64,000 nt of DNA from Laetmonice hystrix (GCA_965235115.1 OZ249439.1:31434001-31498000), one strand, 5' to 3'. Shown: positions 13,950 to 26,495, numbered from the stretch's first letter. Numbers and translations: made by a program. Notes: a model not told the origin generated them from the sequence alone.

Positions 13950-15800
13950 GGCCTTTCATAAATCCCAGGACCGACTAGCCGCCCACGTCCCCCTGCCAAC
14001 TGACAGGTGAAAGTTGCGGTACGGCTCGCCTTATGAACATCATGGCCCCATGCCATGTGCCGGAATCAAAATATGCCACCCAATATATTCCCCTGTGGAT
14101 AACCTCTCCGTAATGTCTGAGGAACCGAGGCTGCCGAGTTTAGACTCCCCTAAATGGCTTGTAATTTGCATGTGATTTTGAATTTCAATGAGAGAACATC
14201 CCTGAAGTGTACAGGGATTGTATATCGACAATAATGCAGCAGTCTTCCATCATTTAAGCTCTGAACCGCGGGAAAGATCGCAAGCGCTTGTATTCTGATG
14301 AACCTTGGGCTTTATCTATATCGACGACATTCAAGTGTGCACACCTGGTAAAGACTACACAAAAAACTGCTTTGCTGGGACTTTACAAAAAAACTGCTTT
14401 GCTGGGAAATGTCAATGAGTGGGGGATTAGCAGGGCCACTTGTGGAGGTACTCTATTGATTACAATCTATCACTCAAGGAAAGGCGCTCTAATGAAGTAG
14501 CCCTCTTTCCAGTCATTATTGTCCTAATTGGCCATGTCCTCCATGGCAGAAACTACTTGTGACGGGCTTGTCAGTCCATATCAGCTGGAGCAACAGCATC
14601 CCGTCCTGGTGCCGACACCCTTACCGACCTCACACGCACTGGGATCCATCGACCTGCCTTGTCCAAGTCCCCCTCCGAAAGGCCTTCCTGCTCACACAGC
14701 ACTCTCAAAGCTGGATTATACACTTGGCTTATTTGGCGCTGATTAGCATGTGAAGCTTGCCGACAGCTCCCTAATTTTGCAGTATAGGTGACAGAATGCG
14801 TTTTTCATACGCCTTCTGATGTTTCAGTGTTCTTTACAATAGGCTATATCAGTGTTTTTCTGTACATGTTTCTTTCGGGCATGTGTTGTATATTTGCCAT
14901 CAGGAACCGAATCATGCTGAATGCTGCAGTCGTGTATAAAATATCTGGGGAACTTAAGTAACTAGCTAACTGAAAGTACCGAACATTGTTCATCCAATGT
15001 TGATTGTACCCTGCAGGTTATATTCGTATACATTGGCCTATATGGGAGTCAAAAGAAGCTATAAAGGGGCGACGATAACATTCCAGTTACACCATGAAAA
15101 TCACCACACGATTTCAAACAGTGCATGCTTCCTCCACAGGGTCGTGTCCTTGAGTCGATTCTAAATGTCCTGTGGGAATTAGTCGCTGATCCAGGAACAA
15201 GATCGTTAGGGTTGGTGATCTTACTGCACCTTAGCTTTGAATCCGTAACCCGAACCACCTCTGGGCATACCAGTGCAAACAGCCACACTGCACCTTGTCT
15301 GTCTGAATAATAAAACATCTTTCTGTTCTACAAAACTCACTACTTTCATCATTCGGTAGGTCTGGTCTGGGTCTAAAATGCCAAATGTTCGAAAGAAGGA
15401 AGCTAAGTGACAAGTAATTGAAGGTTTATATCATGGACCTAAGAACAACTTCTAAAGATGAAAATGTGACATCCACGGTTCTATTCAGCTTGAGGAGACA
15501 CACAGGAGCTTTCTTTAAATATTTGTCGAAATGCAACCAGGCGTTGTCGTTCTTCGAAACCAATACTTTCAAGTCAGCGTCCAAAAGTGTCTTTGACTGG
15601 GAGTCCAGTACACATGGTCGCCAGGAGATATCCCCTTCTTTCAGAACTTCTGACAGAATGTATCGAGGAGACTTTCCAATGAGGTCTCTAGGGGGATCCC
15701 CTCCCAAACTAATTGCACCTTCTCTGTCATGTATTTTCTGGATAGAAAATCGCATTAAATCTGAAGTTTCTTTGAAATGAACAGTATAGTGGCACCTCAA
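13950..15800 (-). pseudogene. Decayed non-LTR retrotransposon (L1/Tx1-like) ORF2 remnant: endonuclease end, linker and RT motifs
   Basis: The minus strand gives, in the expected order: AISLGGD..ILSEVLKEGDISWR..TLLD..LVSK (APE-like), IWHFR..L.ND..EF (WxFNxSLL.D..F-like), SQVVSAMEDMAN, VVDIDKA (DxxKAFD-like), and LNSAASVPQTLRRGYPQGNILGGIF at ~14110-14066 (RGxxQGxxLxxxxF). The EN-to-QG spacing of ~1.4 kb matches ORF2 geometry. Many stops; no alignment was run. Confidence 0.45.
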
Positions 15801-16036
15801 ACGTGCCAGAATTTATGACTTTGTGAGGCCAGTCGAGCGTGAAATTCGCTTATAACGTCACAGATGAATACTAGTACCCCTTTTGGCCCGTCATTCCTGC
15901 AGCACATATTTCCATGCACTATAATATATTAACCATATCCTTTATATCGCTGTCATTAAATCCATATTTGGGCCTTATAACCGTTTCCATGTTAATATGC
16001 TCTAACAGTGTACTCCTGTATTGTATCCGACTTTTC

Positions 16037-16094
16037 GGCCCATTTTTACATACTACTTACAGTGAGGTTCATATAGTAGTATATGGAAACGGCT
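16037..16094 (+). ncRNA. Conserved hairpin copy 1 (pre-miRNA-like)
   Basis: Arms CATTTTTACATACTACT (16041-16057) and AGTAGTATATGGAAACG (16075-16091) around a 17-nt loop; paralogous to 16389 and 17359. Confidence 0.3.
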
Positions 16095-16388
16095 ACCAGG
16101 CTCAGGCCAATTTAGTCGTTTGGAGATAATGTTATACGTGCAAGGGTTTTAATAGGTTAGGTTAGAAATCAAAGACTGTTTCCATTTCGTTAACAGTTGG
16201 TTAAACTTACACTTCCAGGTAAGTTACCATTTACTTTCATAAGAAGTGACCAGAAAAACCTGTGTCCATAGACTATGTAGATCTAATACACCATATTAAA
16301 TGTTGTTTTTCTCCTTTAGCCATTTCCACATTACCATGTTGAAACCCAGCTGGACACGTACCTCCGTACTGAACCCGACCGTACAACC

Positions 16389-16436
16389 CATATTTACATA
16401 CTACTCATATTTTACTCTAAGTAGTATATGGAAATG
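16389..16436 (+). ncRNA. Conserved hairpin copy 2 (pre-miRNA-like)
   Basis: Arms CATATTTACATACTACT and AGTAGTATATGGAAATG around an unrelated 14-nt loop. Confidence 0.3.
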
Positions 16437-16462
16437 AGCACCAACTAGGCTGGAGTTAATTT

Positions 16463-17116
16463 GACAGAAGTTGGAAGGTTTGAATGCAAGGGTCGGTGTT
16501 TCCCTTGTAGTATGCGAGATTTAGTAGTACAATGTGACAGAAGTTGGAAGGTTTGAATGCAGGGGTCGGTGTTTCCCTTGTAGTGTGCGAGATTTAGTAG
16601 TACAATGTGACAGAAGTTGGAAGGTTTGAATGCAAGGGTCGGTGTTTCCCTTGTAGTATGCGAGATTTAGTAGTACAATGTGACAGAAGTTGGAAGGTTT
16701 GAATGCAGGGGTCGGTGTTTCCCTTGTAGTATGCGAGATTTAGTAGTACAATGTGACAGAAGTTGGAAGGTTTGAATGCAGGGGTCGGTGTTTCCCTTGT
16801 AGTATGCGAGATTTAGTAGTACAATGTGACAGAAGTTGGAAGGTTTGAATGCAAGGGTCGGTGTTTCCCTTGTAGTGTGCGAGATTTAGTAGTACAATGT
16901 GACAGAAGTTGGAAGGTTTGAATGCAGGGGTCGGTGTTTCCCTTGTAGTGTGCGAGATTTAGTAGTACAATGTGACAGAAGTTGGAAGGTTTGAATGCAA
17001 GGGTCGGTGTTTCCCTTGTAGTGTGCGAGATTTAGTAGTACAATGTGACAGAAGTTGGAAGGTTTGAATGCAGGGGTCGGTGTTTCCCTTGTAGTGTGCG
17101 AGATTTAGTAGTACAA
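16463..17116. repeat. Minisatellite, 73-bp unit, 9 copies
   Basis: Unit GACAGAAGTTGGAAGGTTTGAATGCARGGGTCGGTGTTTCCCTTGTAGTRTGCGAGATTTAGTAGTACAATGT; nearly identical copies with two polymorphic sites. Confidence 0.98.
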
Positions 17117-17353
17117 GAGAGTTGATGGGACCAACGTTGTAAGAGTATGGTTAGCTGTTATTGCACACCACTTAGAGTTTGACCTCACATGCTCTGCAAC
17201 ATTAATAAGGAAAGACCACTGGAGCCTATGTTAACACTTCTATGTCAGTCTCTTACAACTGCCATAAACCCACATAGTTAGACCGTTGTCTTTTAACTAG
17301 CTACATATCGCAAATATTTCCGCACTTGAACTTCTGCCTTGAGCCCGAGCCAA

Positions 17354-17412
17354 CGGTCCATTTTTACATACTACTTACTGCGCGGTGTGCCAGTAGTATA
17401 TGGAAATGATCG
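17354..17412 (+). ncRNA. Conserved hairpin copy 3 (pre-miRNA-like)
   Basis: Arms CATTTTTACATACTACT (17359-17375) and AGTAGTATATGGAAATG (17392-17408) form a 17-bp stem with one C-A mismatch and two U-G wobbles, extendable by CGGTC/GATCG; 16-nt loop. Confidence 0.3.
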
Positions 17413-19089
17413 CCAGTCTCGGGTTGATTAGGTCCTGAATGGATGGGTTGGAGTTTGGTATTGTGCTTTAGCGTGTGAAAATGGAGATCTAATTATGGAA
17501 ATGGATACAAAAGTCAAGCTTGAAATGGCAAATATTGACATCATTCACTTGTTTATGCAATATCTCTCTCCAATCTGTACTTCCCCATGGCCTGCAGTGC
17601 CTATCACTATTCTATAATTTTACAATGACTGAATGGTTATCCTGGGCAGTTTTAGTTGCTCCCGACAATGTTGTGAGGACGCGGAATTTGCCATAGGACT
17701 TAACTCTGTTAAACTACTGTTCCACTATTGCACCCCCCCCCCCCCCCCCACCTGCCGTTTCAATCAGCTGGTATTTCAGTCATTTATCGCGGCACGAGAG
17801 CTCGGAATGTTGACATTGGCTCCGGCGATATAACTGAGTAGACGTCAAGTTGGGGTCAGCAGTCAACGGAAGACCTCCGGCCAGGCGTATCCACCGATAA
17901 AACGATATCATTCGACAATCGTTGACCCCTCCTGGAGCTGCGCTGATGACGAGAACCCCCCTATTTCACTAATGACATTACCATGACACAGGACGTCGCT
18001 TTATCTCCGGTCCATACCATCCGTTTAGGGTATGTAAATTTCAAGCCACTGGGACGGAATCACGATCTCGAGTTGAAAGGGTTGGGAAGCACAGTTATTT
18101 ACAGTGCCAGGCCCACTGGGCCATCCCTTTAACCTTAGGTGACCCGTACTGGACCGATAGGACAACCTCTACAGGTCCACACGGAGCCAGAAACACTTGT
18201 TATATAACTATGTTAATATTCATTTATCAACATTCCATAGCTCAAGGGTGATCAGGCAAAGGTTTATTTCTTTGGCAAGACGCCAACAATGAATCCTCCG
18301 GCCTAGAAAATCCCAAGAGGTAAATATTTTGTATTACGTCAGCTCTCTTTAACATCTCTGCACTCAAATAGGGCTTATATCCATTAAGGGGGCACATAGA
18401 ATTATAGGATCACAAAGACCGTACAAAACGATTTAATGACCCTAATTGAGTACGATAAAGGGGACATTTTACGAAGCTACTGGCAGAATATCTTGTAAGT
18501 TAGGCGGTACTTTCCCAAACTGGTTGAGTACATTTATTAAGTGACTTTATTAAGTGACATTAAAGACTAAAACCAATGATATAATCAATCAAATATGCAC
18601 GTTATTTCCTTTTTTAAGGGCAAAAGGCGCTTTCCATTTTTTCTCTTCCCTAATGGACAGTGTCATCTATTAGCCTAACCACCTGAGGGAGAAGTGACAA
18701 AGGCCTGACAAATCTAGCGAGAACTCAAAGGGTAAGGGGAGGACTGTAATGGTGTCCGTGCATTACTCAGCCTATCTCCGCTCTATAGCGCCAATAATAT
18801 TATTTGCGACGCCCATATCTAAAGGTTATTTTAAAATTCGGAGCTATATACTGCTTCGGAATGTATTTGCATAAAACCGATTCTGTTTGTAAAGGTGACA
18901 TAATTCAGACCGAATTGGAAGATATAAAGATCGCCTTTCTATAGCCCGGTTGTTGGAAGGGTTAATAGAAATTCTTGACACTTCTTTAAAGAGACTTTAG
19001 AAGGAGAGAGGAAAGTCCAAGCCGGGTCAACCGGGAAGAAGTAAGCCAGCAGGAGTGATGTCTCCCCCCCCCCCCCCAAAAGAAAAAGA

Positions 19090-19425
19090 AATGATGTGTA
19101 ATAAGTATGGCCACAGGTCCCTCCATGTCGCCACACCACAGCCCCCCCCCCCCTAATGATGCGCAATATTAGTATCGCCACAGCCCACAGTATCCATGTC
19201 GCCATACCACAGCCCCCCCCCCCTCCAATGATGTGCCATGTTAGTATCGCCACAGCACACTCCATGTCGCCATACCACAGCCCCCCCCCCCTCCAATGAT
19301 GTGCCATGTTAGTATCGCCACAGCTCTCTCCATGTCACCACACCACAACTCCCCCCCCCCCCAATGATGTGTAATATTAGTATCGCCACAGCTCACTCCA
19401 TGTCGCCACATCACAGTCTCCCCCA
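19090..19425. repeat. Degenerate ~60-65-bp tandem repeat with poly-C, ~5 copies
   Basis: Recurring ATGATGTG..ATGTTAGTATCGCCACAGC..TCCATGTCGCCATACCACAGCCCCCCCCC. Confidence 0.9.
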
Positions 19426-20257
19426 TGCCACATCAAAAATACCACAATATCTTTGTTGTATTAACGTTCTTGATCCATAGAATGTTACGAAAGACTTTCC
19501 TATAACATTCAAGTATTCCTCCTCCCCCAGGGACTTACTTAATGTCTGCAATTTCGCAGCGTATAATCCCCGAAAATGTCAATTAAAAAAACTGCTAAGC
19601 TGGCCTCCATCTATGACGGTGATATCCGCACTTTCCCATCACTGAGAAAACAACAGTTTAGATAGACTCCCTACTACTTTCCCCCACCTCCCATGTGTCT
19701 GGTGAGCTATGCATAAATATTGAAGTGTTTGTAGCCATCCCCAGGTGATAACTTCATATAAGAAACATGCGACGTCGAACTATAGCAACACCACACGGCC
19801 GAATACCGTCGACACCATCTAATGCATATCATACCTGGTATGGCGGGTCCGAGGAGAAAACGTCGACGTGGGCAGAATGTCGAAATATTCTCGATATTAC
19901 AGATATGAATGTTACGAGTCTAATGGCGGAATTATCAGAGAGGTATGATGGCCCCTACTGATTGGCTGATCCATGGGAAGTGTTGGGGCATAGGTTGCCT
20001 CCCTGATCCAACAGAATCTTCTGGTGACTTTTAGTCATATTAATTAAAATAACAAGGGATTGTCTTTGTAAACGTTCGTGCATTATTTTCGTGTGATGAT
20101 TTTCTTCAAAATATTTATATTTCAACATAATAGAGTTGGACTTATTATACCTGATACCCCAGTTTCTAAGTAGTCTCCAAGAAGCACGAGCGTCTATACC
20201 TTCAACTTGACTTTCCTAAAACGTGACATCAGTTCCTCGGTTGTTACAAGCAACATA

Positions 20258-20458
20258 CAGTATGTCCCCCAAAAATGATAGTCTGTGTTCCATTGTCAAA
20301 AAGAGATACTGGTTGTGATCAGTAATGCGTGACCCTGTCAACACCAAACTTGCTGAGAGTCATCTAGGGGGGATCAAACTTTATGTTCAACTTCAACTTC
20401 AAAATTCAAAATTCGACAATCCTCTAAAATTAGACTATCATTTTTGGGGTACATACTG
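20258..20458. mobile_element. Tc1/mariner-type MITE family A, copy 3 (internal ~30-bp deletion)
   Basis: TA|CAGTATGTCCCCC...GGTACATACTG|TA. It lacks the ATCTAAGTGTATTGCACACCTAAAG segment present in the other copies. Confidence 0.95.
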
Positions 20459-21300
20459 TATATTACGATGTTTCTTACCATCACATAAATGTTAGAGACC
20501 AATATGATGAATATGACCTGAATATTTAAGGTCGAATCTCACACGCCCACATGTAATAAAGCATATTTAAATCAAATCCCTGCGTTTGATCTCTTCATAC
20601 AGAGAATACCGCGATATGAGAACTGTGACTGACACATACAGCCCACCACCATGGATGCGCATCATCAAACCGGAATCCCCTCCGATCCGTTCCTGATAAT
20701 CGCCAAGTATCTGAAATGTCACATCGTTGCTCAGTTGTGCGCAGTTAGAGATCAAATGTAATACCGCTTCCAATAAGCAAATACAGTTTTCCCCCAAGCC
20801 AGTCACGCTAGGGATTTTGGATTTAGACTCCACAGTTAGTTCATCCACTCAACTCCCAACAACACCACGGCACCACTTAGTACAATTAGATCCTTCGAGT
20901 CGAGAGGCGCCTAACCAAGGAGACAGACAGTTTTCTTCATACGGTCTTACAGAAATGTCTGCATAAATCACAATACGTTTCGTTATAAGGAGGATTAGGT
21001 GTTTGTCTCTGTGGAAAATCCCTGCTTCTGCGCCAATTAGAGAAAGATTAGTATGCCTCATACCTGGTCCCTATACCGTCTTCTAACAGTTCCTGTGGGA
21101 GTCTTTCATTCCGACTGGAATATTCTCGAACAGTGACACGGGTCACTTATACATGCGACTTTATATGGGCGTTTTCAGCCACCCAGGGTTTGCGTCGTGA
21201 TTTTTCCTGAGAATTTCACCAGACTTCTTTCTTTCAACCCTTTTTTTCAGAACCGTATATGTACTACGTTTCTCTGTTTGGGAAGTTGTTTGGAGTTGAT

Positions 21301-21380
21301 GTCCGCGCGAAGTCACTTCCTAGTCCAATAATCGCTGCGTGATATATTTAAGATATCCCTCCGCGCGTGACGTCACGGCT
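21301..21380. promoter_or_regulatory. CpG-rich motif cluster (ETS-like CACTTCC, perfect CRE palindrome)
   Basis: CGTGACGTCACG at 21366-21377, CACTTCC at ~21314, and CGCG runs in otherwise AT-rich surroundings. Confidence 0.35.
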
Positions 21381-21746
21381 ACTGCGATAGTTTATCCCAG
21401 AAATAAACACCAGTGAGAGTGACGTAACACATCTCCCACAGGACTTTGGAGTTCGACGTGGATGTTAGTTTCACAATGGTGATCTTTACAACAGAAATCC
21501 ATTCAAGTTTCCCCCCTTTTTTTCGAAATTATGGGAAAGAGTTTGAAGCATTTGAGTGTATTATGACCGTGATGTTTATAAGTGAAACTCTGAATATGAT
21601 CCGACATGCATAGATAGTCATTAACTCGGCGGCCCGTGGTGGGTGTCCCACTCAATAGATTACCCCAGCAATATGTTCGGATTGGCTGGGAGAATTAACG
21701 ACTACCGGGTTTTGCCGATTGACCAATCATTTTGGAAATATTTACT

Positions 21747-21792
21747 CTCGCTCTCGCTCTCGCTCTCCCCTCTCTCTCTGTCTCTCGCTCTC
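21747..21792. repeat. (CT)n/(CTCTCG)n microsatellite running into the gap
   Basis: CTCGCTCTCGCTCTCG...TCTCTC immediately before the N run. Confidence 0.9.
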
Positions 21793-22072
21793 NNNNNNNN
21801 NNNNNNNNNNNNNNNNNNNNNNNNNNNNNNNNNNNNNNNNNNNNNNNNNNNNNNNNNNNNNNNNNNNNNNNNNNNNNNNNNNNNNNNNNNNNNNNNNNNN
21901 NNNNNNNNNNNNNNNNNNNNNNNNNNNNNNNNNNNNNNNNNNNNNNNNNNNNNNNNNNNNNNNNNNNNNNNNNNNNNNNNNNNNNNNNNNNNNNNNNNNN
22001 NNNNNNNNNNNNNNNNNNNNNNNNNNNNNNNNNNNNNNNNNNNNNNNNNNNNNNNNNNNNNNNNNNNNNNNN
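21793..22072. other. Assembly gap (280 N)
   Basis: Continuous run of N flanked by CT-rich sequence. Confidence 1.
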
Positions 22073-22713
22073 CTCTTTACACGCAATGATTGTCGCCTGG
22101 GCTCGATCACGTGACCATATTTTTATACCCGGGTGCGGACCGCAGCACGATAAATGTCCGCTTCTTATTGAACGTGAGTGGGTGTTTTTTTCTATCGCAG
22201 TGGACGAAGTGAATGTTTTAATTGAAAAGTCATGATGGAATGCCGGCAAATTAAATCGAAATTCATCTGTCTCAGTCATCCGGATTTTTGACGGCAGGGA
22301 AACATGACGAACGGTAATTAATGCGTAACCTATACGTATTACGAAACGCAAGCAGTAGCTTACACTAATAGAATCTGTGCATATGGTGCCTAAATGCCGT
22401 ACTGCCTTTACCTATAGCAATATTGAATAAAATGTACACACAGGTGAAGGGGGGTTTTGAGATGTAAATATTTTCTAATACAATATTTGCAATCAGTATC
22501 AGTACACCGAACGGCAGTTCCTCCGTTCGAAACACATCATTATAAACAAGGGGTTCGCTTCTGAGAGAGACAATTCAGAGAGACATGACAATGAAATGAC
22601 CTTTGAGAAGATCACTCAGCAGTTTACCCCCCCCCCACACACACACCAACATACACCCTTCTCCACCATTTGTGTCAAATATGTTTCAGAGGAGTTCGAA
22701 TGATGAAATGCTA

Positions 22714-23178
22714 CAAGTGTGCGGCATGTTGACACGATTAAACACACACACCCTCGGCATGTTGCCAAGATTAAACACACACACCCTCGGCATGTTGACA
22801 CGATTAAACACACACACACCCTCGGCATGTTGACACGATTAAATACACATACCCTCTGGAATTGTGTAACGCGTGACATCCTGCCTAGTACTCCGTGTGA
22901 AATAACAAGTGTGCGGCATGTTGACACGATTAAACACACACACCCTCGGCATGTTGACACGATTAAACACACGCCCTCTGGAGTTGTGTAACGAATGCCA
23001 TCCTGCCTAGTACTCCGTGTCGAATAACAAGTGTGCGGCATGTTGACACGATTAAACACACACACCCTCGGCATGTTGGCACGATTAAACACACACACCC
23101 TCGGCATGTTGACACGATTAAACACACACCCTCTGGAGTTGTGTAACGAATGACATCCCGCTCCGTGTGGAATAACCA
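22714..23178. repeat. Two-level (nested) tandem repeat
   Basis: A 31-33-bp subunit CGGCATGTTGACACGATTAAACACACACACCCT occurs 4, 2 and 3 times inside three super-units, each closed by CTGGARTTGTGTAACG..TACTCCGTGT..AATAAC. Confidence 0.93.
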
Positions 23179-24478
23179 CATCCCCTGAAGGCGGCGAACT
23201 GATGGTGTGATCGAGCAACCAATAATGTTGTTACAGGTTTCCAAGATTTCAATATAACCTGTCGTTTATAAATCCATTTGGAGAGAGCAATTATTGATAT
23301 TTAATTACATCCATGGACACGAACGGAGAAAGGGATAGAAGTTTTTCTTCTTTAACCTTTGATTCCAAGCCGTAATAAAATACCGCCTCAATTTGCTGCG
23401 CAGGATAACAACCATGCACAGGATATTAACCTTGCTCCCATGAAAAGTATTGATAATGTTTAATAATGTTTTTTTTAACCCCCAGACGACTAGATAACAG
23501 ACCTCTTTTTGTCTGAAATCTAGAATCTAGCGACTTTCTTTGTGGGTGATGATATGTTTATTTTTGTTCCCTGTTTTTTACCGTTTCAACTGGAGGGTTT
23601 GTTAAACTACAGAAGCTGGTTGCTCATCATGAGCGGTAGACTGGGGACTTTAGGTATATCGCCCCGGCACGCGCGTCGCAGCAACACTACGCGGACCCTG
23701 GACCTTATCTGTCTTCACGCCCAGGGACGTGTAGACTGAGCGGTCAGGGGGTAGGGTGACGAGGTGCTGGGGGTGGCAGGGGGTGGGGTCGCTGGGGTGG
23801 GCCGCCCCACGATATGGCCCCTCAGCCGTGGCCTGCCAACCACTGCGTTGTTTAATTTGATTGAAGTCGGCCCGGCGGGGACGGAATGCAGAAGTTAACA
23901 AATAGCCGTGGTAAGTTCATGTTTGGAGACCTATTGACTGGAGATAGGTAGATTCCTGATCGCATGACTCCGTCAGCTGCCGACGTGTACAATGGGTGTG
24001 AGAGAATAGATCAGTGCGATATCGGCGTGAGATTCCATTCAGAATGCGGGGACATGACTGATGTCTTGCCCTAGACCTGACCTTGGTCAAGGTATGTGGG
24101 GAGGTGGTGGCGGGGGGGGGGGGGGGCTGGTGTGGTCTGGCTTTTTACAACCTGGGGAGGAGGGGGGGGGGTCAACTGAGGGGGGGGGGGTCATGCCCCC
24201 TGAATAATCCTTCTTGACTTCGGAATGTGTTTAAGTTGGTTAGGGAGATTGTAAATGAAGACAACTACGATGTGGTATCTGGTCCAGGCTGACAGTCCTC
24301 GTGATCCCAGTGCTCTCACCCAATGATTTAGGCGGTCAGGTTCGGAGATCCTATTTCTAATAACTACGTGTTATAGCAAAAATATAAACTAGAATTTAGA
24401 CCGATTATTCCTGTACGTATAGAATGTTGGTTTCACCTTCACCTTTTCCTAAACTTTATCCTTTTTCTGCTTTTACAG

Positions 24479-24618
24479 ATATTGCCAGATTCTGCAAAAA
24501 TCAATATTTTTACTCGGTCTTATGTCACCAGTTCCCATCTCGTGTTGCACAAGCTCTCATAATAATAAATGTTTGCTCCTTACCAAACACTAATTGAAGA
24601 AAGACAATATTACCTAAG
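24479..24618 (+). other. Candidate spliced exon (5'UTR plus possible start MFAPYQTLIEERQYYL)
   Basis: A ~45-nt polypyrimidine tract ends in TTTTACAG at 24478; donor AAG|GTAAAT at 24619; upstream donor GTG|GTAAGT at 23911. The ATG at 24569 follows in-frame stops and is open to the donor. Confidence 0.3.
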
Positions 24619-25590
24619 GTAAATTATACTTAGGCCAACCACCGCCTGGATTGTGTATGACTTAGGACCAGAAATAGTTGAAATCCTATCTGAGTTTGTT
24701 AGACAAAAATCGCAAGTTACAGCAAGATAACAAGGACCTTTACTGACATAAAACCAAGACAGAGTAGTAAACTTGTTTTCAATAAACCTGTATCATTTAC
24801 CCTTAAAGCACAATAAAAATATATCTGGGGCCGGTTTTACTATAAATAAATAACGACGTCGATATTTTAACATAGAAGTCAATGGGTTGCTAAGTCGTTG
24901 TTGCTAAGGAGCCTGCCATTCATGCCTATGTTAATATTATCGACCTTTAGTAAAACCGGCCCCAGAAGTTTTACGTTTAACAAAATAATAACGTTTCCAC
25001 AGTTGATCTATTTTAATATATCCACTGGAAAGTCCATTTTTATACCTATAACGTTAGGTTTTCTCTGTCATATTTCGTAGAAACGGGTCATCTATCATTC
25101 TCCCGTTTTGATATATTTTTTTAGATTAAAATATTCATAACCGGTATAGTTACATTGAAACTCATTACCACTGCTGGTGTTGTGTGTGGGTATTTCCCTT
25201 ACTAACAGATAGCGCTATTTGCCTGAGTAACTGTCAGACTGTAACTGACAGCAGTAACTTCTTCTGTTTGATCTGCCTAGCAATCCGGCAGCTGCATTGT
25301 ATTTTTAATGTAATTCTGGCTCTGATAAAGATTTAATTACTTTTCTTCATTTCCTGAACGTCATGAGTGTCTTAATTCTTGTTGCGAGGAGAAGATTTCA
25401 GATGAGTATTGTGAAAAAAAAGGTTCCATACAATGACATAAGACATGGCTTCGACACCTCTGATGCAGACGAATTTAGGTGCATGGATAAAACATCCAGA
25501 CGACGTTTGGTCCCAGGAAACGGAAGACGCTGGCACCAGTCGTAGCCCTGTCTGTGAATTCTGTGTCTGTGAGCCCCTAGGGGAGTTACA

Positions 25591-26495
25591 ATTCGTACGA
25601 ATGCTAGCTCTGTTTGAGCTGGCTGATTCCACCATTCGCACGAATGCTAGCTCCGTTTGAGCTGGCTGATTCCACCATCCGTACGAATGCTAGCTCTGTT
25701 TGAGCTGGCTGATTCCACCATTCGTACGAATGCTAGCTCCGTTTGAGCTGGCTGATTCCACCATTCGTACGAATGCTAGCTCTGTTTGAGCTGGCTGATT
25801 CCATCATTCGTACGAATGCTAGCTCTGTTTGAACTGGATGATTCCACCATTCGTACGAATGCTAGCTGTGTTTGAGCTGGCTGATTCCACCATCCGTACG
25901 AATGCTAGCTCTGTTTGAGCTGGCTGATTCCACCATTCGTACGAATGCTAGCTCTGTTTGAGCTGGCTGATTCCACCATTCGTACGAATGCTAGCTCTGT
26001 TTCAGCTGGCTGATTCCGCCATTCGTAGGAATGCTAGCTCTGTTTCAGCTGGCTGATGCCACCATTCGTACGAATGCTAGCTCTGTTTCAGCTGGCTGAT
26101 TCCGCCATTCGTACGAATGCTAGCTCTGTTTCAGCTGGCTGATTTCACCATTCGTACGAATGCTAGCTCTGTTTCAGCTGGCTGATTCCACCATTCGTAC
26201 GAATGCTAGCTCTGTTTGAGCTGGCTGATGTCACCATTCGGTCAAATGCTAGCTCTGTTTGAGCTGGCTGATTCCACCATTCGTACGAATGCTAGCTCTG
26301 TTTGAGCTGGCTGATGTCACCATTCGGTCGAATGCTAGCTCTGTTTGAGCTGGCTGATTCAACCATTCGTACGAATGCTAGCTCTGTTTGAGCTGGCTGA
26401 TTCCACCATTCGTACGAATGCTAGCTCTGTTTGAGCTGGCTGATGTCACCATTCGGTGGAATGCTAGCTCTGTTTCAGCTGGCTGATTCCTCCAT
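25591..26495. repeat. Minisatellite, 43-bp unit, ~21 copies, palindrome-containing
   Basis: Unit ATTCGTACGAATGCTAGCTCTGTTTGAGCTGGCTGATTCCACC; unrelated to the 43-bp array at position 1. Confidence 0.98.

Noticed and set aside
16041-17408. Resemblance of the hairpin arms to miR-1 (ACATACTTCT / AGAAGTATGT)
   Set aside because: The TGGAATGTAA seed segment is not upstream of the AGTAGTAT block as in miR-1, so it is not called as that family.
21643-22351. ORFs spanning poly-X
   Set aside because: Artefacts of translating through the 280-N gap.
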